A DNA stretch of 63,800 nt, the filler included, from an uncultured Methanosarcinales archaeon (lineage in GTDB: Archaea; Nanobdellota; Nanobdellia; Woesearchaeales; CAZKBD01): NCBI GenBank assembly GCA_964550945.1. It is 3 parts of 3 records of this genome, joined end to end, with 100 filler letters (N's around TTAATTAATTAA, not from the genome) between each part and the next. Parts side by side here need not be neighbours in the genome. Positions count along the whole stretch, not along the records: positions 27,555 to 53,586 come from CAZKBD010000017.1; 2 more parts are not named here. One strand, written 5' to 3'. Under the pieces are notes generated by a model. That model was not told the origin of the DNA. It worked only from the letters and a program-made list of their open reading frames with translations, and did no database searches. Below are positions 38,706-47,513 of this stretch, piece after piece. A program made the position numbers and the translations under genes. Every line of letters begins with the position of its first letter. Within the stretch, counting starts at the first letter, position 1.

Positions 38706-40172
38706 TCAAGAAAACAACTGTTTCACTTCATTAATCTGTTGTCCATACATCCTATTTGCATACCTGTTATTGCCTATTATATCCCATAGGGGGTTCAAGA
38801 GTTCGCGTCTTGCCATAAGTTCGCCTTTATGGTGAACGTAGATAGATATTACCGCTTCTAATCGATCTGACCATTTATTTAATTTATTAGCCGAGGAATC
38901 TTCAACAACATTTCCATCTCTAATTGACGCCAAATTAGCTCTATAATCACCTGCTAGAATTTTTCCTATTGTGCCCACTATATTTTCATCGTTATTTTCT
39001 GAAGAGAATAAAGGAGTATAATATTCCTGCATTCTATGTCCATAGTTAGATGTCCTTCTTTTAAGAGATTCAATTATCGGGTCACTATAACCATTGTTAG
39101 GGCTTATGTGGACAGCTGGTTGTGTTCTAGCTCCTCTATCAGTAGGCAAGGTGTAATTTGACGGCGGTCTCTCAACACCAGTATACTTATCACTAAGTCT
39201 TTCTCCATTTGGAAGAATTATTCTCCCTATCAAATCTTCATCAATTCTGTCTGTATCTAAACTGCATGTATCTGCTCCTTCAACAAATTCAATTCTAGGA
39301 GCAATCCCGTGTAGATCTGTATGATTCTCCTCTATTACTCTTTTAATAGTATCACCTTCGATTACTAATCTTGGATGTTTAGCCTGTACCCTTAGGGCAG
39401 GAGCATCTCTGTTCGCATTCACAATAAAAGTAGGAGTATAAGTAAAACCTTCATATCTTAGACTAATATCTCCCCACGGGATATATACTGTTTTTTTTGC
39501 CCCCCAACTATTTAAGATGTCCCTTAATCTTGATTTATCTTCATGGGAAAATTCATTTGAAATATTTCCATGAGAATGAGCCCACCCTATTATTTCTTTC
39601 CTTAGCCTGTCTTTTATATCATGATGGGATCTTATTGCTCCAAAACCAGTTATTTCGCAGTGGTCGTGTCTTACTTCTTGTTCGTGACCTATGTAAACAT
39701 CAGTTATTATTGGTTCTCCGTTAGTTTTATGACCAATTAAAAAGAAACTTACTTCATAAGGAACACTATCATTTAACACATGCCTTGTAAGTTCACCAAA
39801 TCTCTGTGCTATATATTGTGATTTATCCCAAGCTTCTTGCGTGATTTTTATTGTGCTTGTCTCTTGTCTGACAACATCTTCGATATTTCTATTGATTTCA
39901 GCCACAATCAACCTTCTAATTTTTCGTTCTGCCATGGCTGTCCTTTGCCTATATAAATCACTTCTAAGATAACTATGGAAATCAAAAGAACCATCGCTTC
40001 TGAAGAAATCAGCCATTCTTTGACCTCTCAGTCGGTATCTCCCTAAATCTATAATTCTTGTGGATTTGGTTGTAGGAGTACCATTGTGTAGTTCCTCTCC
40101 TAAATTAACATCGCCTGGAAAAACGTGATTATCTACTTCTTCAACAACAGCGTCTAAAGTTGCAGTCGGCAT
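38706..40172 (-). CDS. JAB/MPN+ metalloisopeptidase 2 with N- and C-terminal extensions
   Basis: EVSFFLIG...GWAHSHGNISNEFSHED, an intact E...HxH-x7-S-x2-D JAMM motif. Confidence 0.85.
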   Translation of the reverse strand: MPTATLDAVVEEVDNHVFPGDVNLGEELHNGTPTTKSTRIIDLGRYRLRGQRMADFFRSDGSFDFHSYLRSDLYRQRTAMAERKIRRLIVAEINRNIEDVVRQETSTIKITQEAWDKSQYIAQRFGELTRHVLNDSVPYEVSFFLIGHKTNGEPIITDVYIGHEQEVRHDHCEITGFGAIRSHHDIKDRLRKEIIGWAHSHGNISNEFSHEDKSRLRDILNSWGAKKTVYIPWGDISLRYEGFTYTPTFIVNANRDAPALRVQAKHPRLVIEGDTIKRVIEENHTDLHGIAPRIEFVEGADTCSLDTDRIDEDLIGRIILPNGERLSDKYTGVERPPSNYTLPTDRGARTQPAVHISPNNGYSDPIIESLKRRTSNYGHRMQEYYTPLFSSENNDENIVGTIGKILAGDYRANLASIRDGNVVEDSSANKLNKWSDRLEAVISIYVHHKGELMARRELLNPLWDIIGNNRYANRMYGQQINEVKQLFS

Positions 40173-40266
40173 TTTTACTGTTCATACCCTCTTATACAGG
40201 TTATATATCATATTAAGTATTAATATTTTATTACTGTTTTTTTGGTTTTACCGAAAATTTTGCGAA

Positions 40267-42108
40267 TCAACACGTATGTGGATTATTTGTCTTCTTTTTA
40301 TTTCTCATATAAATTCTAGGATTTCCAAAAGATGAATATTGAAAAGCAGTAGTGATAGGATTATTATTCAGATGAGGATTAAAAAAATTGATAGATTCGG
40401 CTACCATTTGACTTGCAATAATTATATTAGGTATTATCGTACTTGCTTGTACATCTCCACAGGGGTTGCTTTCTGGAAAGTCTCTCAGGTTTAATTGACA
40501 ATTTACACATTTTGTTTTCCCAGGCATATATGCTGCTAACTGTCCACCCCTTGGATCGGTGCCTCCGTCTATATAAGGTACTCTGTTTCTTACTGCGAAC
40601 TCATTTAACCAGTTCCTTGCATATTTGTTATCAAAGCAGCCAAAAATTATGTCATAATTTCCTCTTAAAAGACGATCATAAGTGACTAACTCAACTCCTT
40701 TTTCTTGTTCTCTAGGACTCAAGCTAAATTTATTACTCGCATAATCTTCATACTTATCTGAAACGCCACTTGCCTGCATCATCTCTATTATCCATCCTTT
40801 ATCTCTTTCCAAATCAACTACTCCAATTTTTCCAAAAATAAAATCTGAATGAACATTTGGATTAATCTCTATTACTCTTTCAGCAACAACTTCAGCTTTC
40901 CTATCAAGAACCCTTCCTCTTAATAGCACCTGCCTTGCAAGATTATGGTTTTCGATATAGTCCATATCTAAAATGTCTATCCTACCAACACCCATAGTTG
41001 CAAGTTCTAAAGCAACAAAATTGCCTAGTGCTCCCCCACCTGCAACTAGGACTTTAAAGTCTTGATAGACTCCTATCCTATCCTGTTTTAGATCAGATTC
41101 AAAGCCCCTTCTGCTTCGAGAGCATGAGTTATAGACAAATCGCCTGTTTGAGGGCATAGGATCGTCTGTACCATCCTTTATATATCTAAATTTAAATCTC
41201 CTGAACTCTTCTGATACAAGCCCTGCTATTACTCCGCTGGGAAATGATCCTTGTTGCAAACCTTCAAACTCTGCATGAACCATAGCATCTAAATCTACAT
41301 TTTCTGATACAACTCTTACTTTGCCGTTCTGAGGCCAATAGCATGTGTAGGCTCCTTTTGTTCTATCGCTTGATGCTGAAATTACAGGTATGTTGTAGCC
41401 AGATGCGCCTAAAGCATATTCTAGTACCGCTCTTTTGGATATTGTATCATTTGTAGCTTCAATTATTATTTCAGGTCTGAATCTATAAGCAAATGCCTCA
41501 ACAAATCTGGCATGTCTAGAGATTAAATTTCCTGAGCTGTTTAGCTCTCTTAATGCTGCTTCAATATGCCTGACTTTTTTTTGGCCTTTATGCATTATAT
41601 CATGGCTGCATAAAAAGTCATGCCTATCACTATCGCTTATTCTTTTATTGTCCATAAATGCAAGAACACCACCATATCTGTTGCCTGCAACACCCATCCC
41701 AGTTAAACAGCATAATATCATCTGGGCTAAAACATCTGAGCCAACTACTAGGACTCTAGAATTATACAAAATCTCTTGTCTTTTTTTTCCTAATTCCCAT
41801 AGCACAACATCATAAATTTCTTTAAGAGCTTCTTTAGGGTCTTTGCTTCTATCTGGGTTTTTGCATACACGATTGAATGTTTCTCTTGGCAATCCTTCTT
41901 GATTCATGTATCTTGTTAACTCTTTTTCAATAGCTTTTATTTTCCGATCAATACTAGTGCCGCTCTCCACATCATGAATATCTCTGGCGTATCCAGAAAA
42001 TAGTTCTGGATCATAACCCCATGCTCTTGCATTTCTATCATCCCTATCATTTATAACAAGCTGGGTCATGTTTGGCCTCATTAGGAGTATCTCTTTTGGA
42101 TTTATCAA
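40267..42108 (-). CDS. E1-like activating enzyme with tandem ThiF/UBA domains
   Basis: Domain 1 degenerate (RVLVVGSDVLA); domain 2 GGGALG, DMDYIENHNLARQ, RKAE, CFDN, CVNC, then NPC; real start may be ATG 42069. Confidence 0.92.
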   Translation of the reverse strand: MINPKEILLMRPNMTQLVINDRDDRNARAWGYDPELFSGYARDIHDVESGTSIDRKIKAIEKELTRYMNQEGLPRETFNRVCKNPDRSKDPKEALKEIYDVVLWELGKKRQEILYNSRVLVVGSDVLAQMILCCLTGMGVAGNRYGGVLAFMDNKRISDSDRHDFLCSHDIMHKGQKKVRHIEAALRELNSSGNLISRHARFVEAFAYRFRPEIIIEATNDTISKRAVLEYALGASGYNIPVISASSDRTKGAYTCYWPQNGKVRVVSENVDLDAMVHAEFEGLQQGSFPSGVIAGLVSEEFRRFKFRYIKDGTDDPMPSNRRFVYNSCSRSRRGFESDLKQDRIGVYQDFKVLVAGGGALGNFVALELATMGVGRIDILDMDYIENHNLARQVLLRGRVLDRKAEVVAERVIEINPNVHSDFIFGKIGVVDLERDKGWIIEMMQASGVSDKYEDYASNKFSLSPREQEKGVELVTYDRLLRGNYDIIFGCFDNKYARNWLNEFAVRNRVPYIDGGTDPRGGQLAAYMPGKTKCVNCQLNLRDFPESNPCGDVQASTIIPNIIIASQMVAESINFFNPHLNNNPITTAFQYSSFGNPRIYMRNKKKTNNPHTC

Positions 42109-43351
42109 TCATTTCAAGAATATTGCTATAAACTTCACTCAATTTTTTTAACCAAAAACTTTTGGAACATGGTATGTGGCTTAATATACCTGATGATCTT
42201 TCGATTTCTGCATTTATAGCACTTAATAATTGACAATAACGATCCTTTTGGGAAGCTAGCTCACCTAAAAGATCTTCCTGTAGATTCCTCATACATTCAA
42301 TATATTTTCTGTGCCTTTCTGATTCTTCGTCATTACCTGTTATTGTCTTTCTGTCATATCTTCTTACTGTTTCATCCAGCTGTCTAGCTCTATTGTACAG
42401 CTCACTTGCCAGACAAAAGTGGTCTTCAATACTGTCTGCGTCTCTTAGAACATCTTCTACGCCTCTAGAACTTAACCTCCTGCTGATTTGCTTGCAGGAA
42501 ATAAGACCATTTCGAGCATTTTCATAGTCTCCTTCGATATCTGGTGCGGATGTTTCATATCTGCGCCTAAGATTTACTACACGCTCAACCAGTTCTTGGT
42601 CAATTTTTTCTCTGTCCAAGATACTTCTATCTCCATCTTCAACAATCTCATAGCCTGCATTTTTTACCATTCCATTCTTGCCATCCAATTGGTAGGCAAT
42701 AACACAAAAAGGATTATCTGCATTCGCATTAAATGTTATGCCATAAGTGTATCTTATTTCTCTAGCGGACAAGGTACTCAATATTATAGGATAGCCAGAA
42801 ATAACTTCAAAATCTAGAAATCCAAAAGATTCATGATGAAGTCTGAACTTATCATCACCTAAACTGATTTCCAAATATCTGCCTATTTCATCAATAACAA
42901 ACCTAGCAGAAGCATTTCTTGGTGGAACAGTTAAACCTACTATTTTTTTCATACCCAAATTACTTAAAACTTCAATAATTGTATTATCATCTATATCAGA
43001 ATAGAATGTAGACATTTTCCCATGCGAATGGCCCCAGCCGACAATTCTTCTCTTTGATTCTCTTTTTATACTATGATAGGATTTTATTACTCCAAATCCA
43101 CTAATATCACATCGTGTTGGGGTGACATCCTGTTCATGACCTATACAAACATCTTCTATTACTCTGTTCTCTGTGCTTTGTTCAACGTCGCCTAACAGAA
43201 AAAACCCCACTTCCATACCTCCTTCAAATAATTCACATATCCTCTTAGAGACATAATTAGCTTTATCAAACGCTTGCTTTGTTATTCTGACTGGTGCCAG
43301 CTCTCTCCTAACCTGTTCCTCTAAACTTAATATAACTTTTTGTTTAGCCAT
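42047..43351 (-). CDS. JAB/MPN+ metalloisopeptidase 1 with C-terminal helical region
   Basis: EVGFFLLG...GWGHSHGKMSTFYSDID, intact JAMM motif. Confidence 0.87.
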   Translation of the reverse strand: MAKQKVILSLEEQVRRELAPVRITKQAFDKANYVSKRICELFEGGMEVGFFLLGDVEQSTENRVIEDVCIGHEQDVTPTRCDISGFGVIKSYHSIKRESKRRIVGWGHSHGKMSTFYSDIDDNTIIEVLSNLGMKKIVGLTVPPRNASARFVIDEIGRYLEISLGDDKFRLHHESFGFLDFEVISGYPIILSTLSAREIRYTYGITFNANADNPFCVIAYQLDGKNGMVKNAGYEIVEDGDRSILDREKIDQELVERVVNLRRRYETSAPDIEGDYENARNGLISCKQISRRLSSRGVEDVLRDADSIEDHFCLASELYNRARQLDETVRRYDRKTITGNDEESERHRKYIECMRNLQEDLLGELASQKDRYCQLLSAINAEIERSSGILSHIPCSKSFWLKKLSEVYSNILEMIDKSKRDTPNEAKHDPACYK

Positions 43352-44666
43352 TTTGGAAAATCCTCTCTTTGGCTATTCCGTGGGCAGAACAATAAGACTC
43401 AGCAGATGTTCTGCTAGTGGCTATTGGTGTAAATTCCTCAAGCCAATGTACTGGCCTGTCATTTCCTATACGGTCTCTGCTGTGGATTGGATAGCAATAA
43501 TATCCTGTTTCCAGATTTTTTTCAGCTTGTCGCATGACTTGGGCAATTTTTTTTGCCAGTGTTTTTGGTTTTTTTAGGCTGTACATATCATTAAATTTAA
43601 CTTGAAGATCGTCCCACCTGTTTCTTGTACCCCCAGTGTAACAGATACTGCCGTTGCTATGAACAAAAGGATGCCTATAATGCATGTTAAGAACTACTGC
43701 TGGAGCAACAATTTGCAGGCTGTTATTACACACCTCTAGATCTATCCCTAAATCTACGTTTCCGAAAGCAAAATATTTTCCTTCTTTTTCTATCAGAAAA
43801 GGATTTACACTAATTGATATTCTGTATCTATTTGAGCCTGATTTCTGGAACCCAATTTTACCCCTATGAGAACTAGTAATCCCAGAATATCTACTTTTAC
43901 TGCTTATCCCTTGTTCCAACGCTGATTTAAAACTCAATAATCTTTTTATGTAATCAATATGCACTTTTCCATGTTCTAATGCTTTAGCTTCAATTCTATT
44001 TAGTAATCTTTGTTCATATTCCCCCATCAAATCAGAAAGATCACGCCAATAACTGATGGCCATTTGACAACCTGCGAATTTAACATGACCACTAGCAGTT
44101 TCATTCCCACAATCCCTAAGGCGAAATACCCTGCCTCCAAGAACAATGATCCTATTATTCTGTAATAGAATACCCTCTAGGCTGGTTAACGAGGAGTTTA
44201 AATCCTCTATTCCCGGGATGTGCTCTAGAGTAGGAATATCATCAAATTGAGAAACATCTGGAACTTCTGGTTCGTTGCTATTTCTATTCTCATGATTATA
44301 TGCATTGAAAACATCAACCATAATAAAGCGTTCAACTGAGTTATCTTGAATAGAATCATAGACATTACCAAGGGACTGTACCTGTGATTTAAGTTCGTCA
44401 ATTTTACTTAAAATCTTTGATTGTATGACCCAACTCATGTAATCTGTAATTTGCGCTTTATACTCTTCAAATAATTCTTGTTCTAATACATGGATTTCTT
44501 CAGCTTCTTCTAATGCGTATTTCTTTCCTAGATATTGAAGAAAATTTTCGCCGCTGAAATGACCATTGGTCATATGTAATGTATGCACTCTTCCGTCTAG
44601 TATAGCGAATGAATCTTTACTTAATAAAAACTCTTTTAAAAAATTTGAATCAAGGGACAGATTCAT
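43344..44666 (-). CDS. E2/UBC-like conjugating enzyme with long N-terminal extension
   Basis: APAVVLNMHYRHPFVHSNGSICY resembles the UBC signature PPxVxF...HPNVxxxGxIC; Cys codon at 43641-43643; sits between the Ubl and JAB/E1 genes. Confidence 0.72.
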   Translation of the reverse strand: MNLSLDSNFLKEFLLSKDSFAILDGRVHTLHMTNGHFSGENFLQYLGKKYALEEAEEIHVLEQELFEEYKAQITDYMSWVIQSKILSKIDELKSQVQSLGNVYDSIQDNSVERFIMVDVFNAYNHENRNSNEPEVPDVSQFDDIPTLEHIPGIEDLNSSLTSLEGILLQNNRIIVLGGRVFRLRDCGNETASGHVKFAGCQMAISYWRDLSDLMGEYEQRLLNRIEAKALEHGKVHIDYIKRLLSFKSALEQGISSKSRYSGITSSHRGKIGFQKSGSNRYRISISVNPFLIEKEGKYFAFGNVDLGIDLEVCNNSLQIVAPAVVLNMHYRHPFVHSNGSICYTGGTRNRWDDLQVKFNDMYSLKKPKTLAKKIAQVMRQAEKNLETGYYCYPIHSRDRIGNDRPVHWLEEFTPIATSRTSAESYCSAHGIAKERIFQNG

Positions 44667-44707
44667 TTTTAAAAAGATATTTTACTGCTAGTTTAATTAG
44701 CATATTG

Positions 44708-45178
44708 TTAGCCGTCAGTTTTTGGAGATGGGTTGCTATGATTCATCAAGCTATCTAACCCACCCCCATAAGGTGGAGAAACACATAGTTCAATCAGATT
44801 ATAAGGTACTCTTTGTCCATCTTCTTCTTGTTCTCTTGTTTTAAGTATTCTATCAGAGTAATCAGAAAGAACTTTGTTAAGGTCTAAGGGTATCTCATTT
44901 GGAGGCACATCATTTGTATATGCAGAAACCTGAACTTTTTTCCTTGGGTCCATCGTTGTTTCGTGAAACCACCTCTGGATTTGATTTGCCATACCCTTTT
45001 CATAAGCATTATATTCTGGGTTATATTCGTCTGAATCAGGATCAAGTAATTTTTGCACTGCATCCCTAACAGGTCTCCCTAAATAAGCTTCATCCACTTT
45101 TTTTGCTAACCTATCATCTACATTTTCATTTTCTGCTCCTAAAACAGGCTCTAGTGTTATAAACATTGGCTTAGCCAT
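44708..45178 (-). CDS. Ubiquitin-like protein precursor (GGG at residues 138-140 plus 16-aa tail)
   Basis: LDLNKVLSDY...NLIELCVSPPYGGG parallels ubiquitin LEDGRTLSDY...TLHLVLRLRGG; first gene of the E2-JAB-E1-JAB run. Confidence 0.75.
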   Translation of the reverse strand: MAKPMFITLEPVLGAENENVDDRLAKKVDEAYLGRPVRDAVQKLLDPDSDEYNPEYNAYEKGMANQIQRWFHETTMDPRKKVQVSAYTNDVPPNEIPLDLNKVLSDYSDRILKTREQEEDGQRVPYNLIELCVSPPYGGGLDSLMNHSNPSPKTDG

Positions 45179-45179
45179 T

Positions 45180-45300
45180 TTTACATCCCTCCATAAATTT
45201 GTTGATTTTTTGAAAACAAATTCCTTTAATAAGGCTTATGGTAAAAAAAGGTCTGAATTTCCGTCGATGTTAGAAAAAATTAGTGAAGAATCGGAAAAGC
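45180..45300 (-). promoter_or_regulatory. Promoter, RBS and operator-like region of the Ubl cluster
   Basis: Minus-strand GGAGG before the ATG and a TTATTAAA TATA-like box; GAATTTCCG...TCGGAAAA motif shared with 37722-37781 and 48201-48260. Confidence 0.75.
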
Positions 45301-45308
45301 TACGAAAA

Positions 45309-46064
45309 CTACCTCCACTGATTAAACCTTTCTAATACATCCATATCTGTAAGCACCTTGTATTCCTTGTGTTCTATACCAAATGTGTGGTATGCTGGGT
45401 CTACCATGATATCGCGACTTAATGTATGAACCATTGCACATGCATGATGTACTTTCTTTCTATGGCAATCTCTTGTTACGCTTACGTAACTTGCTCTTAG
45501 GTTTACACTTCTTGCCATGGTTATATAAAGAAAAGCCATTTCTCCGCAAACACCTTGTTGATTCTGTAAGACTTCTGTTGAGTTGCTATAGCCGTAAAGC
45601 CTTCTCGAATCTCCATATTGGATATTAGCTTCAATCCAGTCATAGATAGCTCTTGCCTTTTCTTCATCAGTTCTTGCAGTTCTTGTATGCCTTTTTATGA
45701 TTTGCACAAGCTGAGGGCTTATCGCAAATGGATTTTTGATACTGCCATCATTCACAAAAACCTGATAGTCATCGCTTATTTGGCTTATATCAAGAGAAGG
45801 ATCAACAACTTGCTTTTTATGTTGATTCTTAATCTGGGTAATAATTAATGCTGTACTATAGCGATCCGGCTTTGGAGTTTCTAGAGTGTCACCAGTTCGG
45901 TATTTTCTCTCTGTTTTTAACCTCTCTAGAAGATTTTGTTCATGAGAAGCGGATGATCTAATAGTTCTTTGCCTTAGTGATGCAATTGTTCTATCCTTAA
46001 AGTGGTCCCCTCTTTGGTGTCTTGCCTTATTTTTTAATTCTTGGACAATTCTATCCAAAGCCAT
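45309..46064 (-). CDS. Transglutaminase-like protein
   Basis: AIYDWI, GVCGEMAFLY...R, HACAMV, VDPA (Cys-His-Asp triad). Confidence 0.88.
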   Translation of the reverse strand: MALDRIVQELKNKARHQRGDHFKDRTIASLRQRTIRSSASHEQNLLERLKTERKYRTGDTLETPKPDRYSTALIITQIKNQHKKQVVDPSLDISQISDDYQVFVNDGSIKNPFAISPQLVQIIKRHTRTARTDEEKARAIYDWIEANIQYGDSRRLYGYSNSTEVLQNQQGVCGEMAFLYITMARSVNLRASYVSVTRDCHRKKVHHACAMVHTLSRDIMVDPAYHTFGIEHKEYKVLTDMDVLERFNQWR

Positions 46065-46075
46065 TATACAATCCC

Positions 46076-47233
46076 CTACTTATGTGAAGGGAGTTCAGCA
46101 GCTCTTAATGGCTCGTAAGCTAGCTCTGATCTATAAACTCCAGAATGTACCTCTTGGACTAGTCTTCTTAGATTGGCATTTGTTGATTGGATAATCTTTG
46201 GCGTAGGATGATTATTGACTACTTCTGTGATATCTCTTACACTCTGGATATAGCTATCATTCAATTGCCTGTTAAAGTCAGAAAGCACCAAAACACCAGC
46301 CCCAACTCTTTTAACACCCTCTGATAAGGTTGAAACCGCTCTCCATACCCCCTCATTGTTGTCTAATGTATCCTGATATAATTTAGTAATAAATGCCATT
46401 TCCATAACCCTATAAAGAACAGTTGCAAAAAGATCTTCCTGCATTAATAGGTTATCGATATCTTGGACATGATGTTCATCTCCGATTATGGCTACCCTTC
46501 TTTCGTAACCCATCTGTCTTACTGTTCTTTTGCTTTGGATTACTTTTCTGAGCATCTCAAAATATTGAAGATCATCTCTATCCATTTCGCTTAATTTTTT
46601 GCAAACTTCTTCATAATTTTCAATTTCTGGTGGAAGTACTTTGACTTCCAAAGCTTGCCTTGTTGCCCGTTCTCTCTCATTTTGCTCTATCAATCTATCC
46701 AAAGCATTTGTTGTAACTTTTAGGTCTGTCCCATAGCTTGCAGTCATATGTACTAAAATGTAATTTAGCTCCCCTACATTTTGCTGCTGTTGGATAAATA
46801 ACTCATGGATTGACCTATATGCTGGTTTTTTTCCTATTAACCCTCTTATAGCATCTATTAATGCAACCTCAGCCCTATAAACCCCAGAATCCCTCATCCT
46901 AAGAATCTTATCTAATTCTCTTTGACCAGCATTTACGTCATCTACTATCAGCTGAATTTCTCTTAACCCAGCATCGTCGCCATATGCTCTTGTTGGTTTT
47001 CCAGGCAAGGTTATTGCTGCTTCATAAAGCCTTCTGCTAATAGGAGTTTGAGGCTCTCTAACGACTACAGGATGTTGTGTTTTTTTATTTGGGGTAGGAG
47101 CTTTTCTAGCACCACCTCTTCTCTTCAGATTTTCTAAAACTGGATCATTATCTTTGTCCATTATTACCACCGCCATTTCTTCTTTAATATTGTTCTGTAT
47201 CTCAATGCCATGTTTAGTTTCATCTTTACTCAA
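46076..47233 (-). CDS. Coiled-coil hypothetical protein
   Basis: Long amphipathic helices; overlaps 47226-47513. Confidence 0.65.
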   Translation of the reverse strand: MSKDETKHGIEIQNNIKEEMAVVIMDKDNDPVLENLKRRGGARKAPTPNKKTQHPVVVREPQTPISRRLYEAAITLPGKPTRAYGDDAGLREIQLIVDDVNAGQRELDKILRMRDSGVYRAEVALIDAIRGLIGKKPAYRSIHELFIQQQQNVGELNYILVHMTASYGTDLKVTTNALDRLIEQNERERATRQALEVKVLPPEIENYEEVCKKLSEMDRDDLQYFEMLRKVIQSKRTVRQMGYERRVAIIGDEHHVQDIDNLLMQEDLFATVLYRVMEMAFITKLYQDTLDNNEGVWRAVSTLSEGVKRVGAGVLVLSDFNRQLNDSYIQSVRDITEVVNNHPTPKIIQSTNANLRRLVQEVHSGVYRSELAYEPLRAAELPSHK

Positions 47234-47513
47234 ACAAATTCCTTAATTCACCTTTTTCTTCATAAGGGGGAGCAGGAGCTGGAGTTTGTACAGGTTTGTA
47301 TGGCTTAAGCCTTAATCTGTCAAAGTCCACAACATACTCATTTTGATTTTCAGGATTTGTAAGGATCAACTTATCTGCGATTTGCTCAAGTTGAGATGTA
47401 CCAGCAGGTTTAGACAGTTCGGTACTTGTTTTCCCAGCATAATATCCGACACCAAGTCCTGCTAAAAAACCAATTCCACCATAGAAAACCAGCCTTCTGG
47501 CTATTTTGAACAT
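47226..47513 (-). CDS. Small single-TM protein
   Basis: Gly-rich TM GGIGFLAGLGVGYYAG. Confidence 0.65.
   Translation of the reverse strand: MFKIARRLVFYGGIGFLAGLGVGYYAGKTSTELSKPAGTSQLEQIADKLILTNPENQNEYVVDFDRLRLKPYKPVQTPAPAPPYEEKGELRNLFE

Noticed and set aside
40267..42108. Reading the E1 as a ThiF/MoeB sulfur-relay enzyme
   Set aside because: No thiamine, molybdopterin or tRNA-thiolation genes nearby; the E2-like neighbour, two JABs and tandem-domain layout favour protein conjugation
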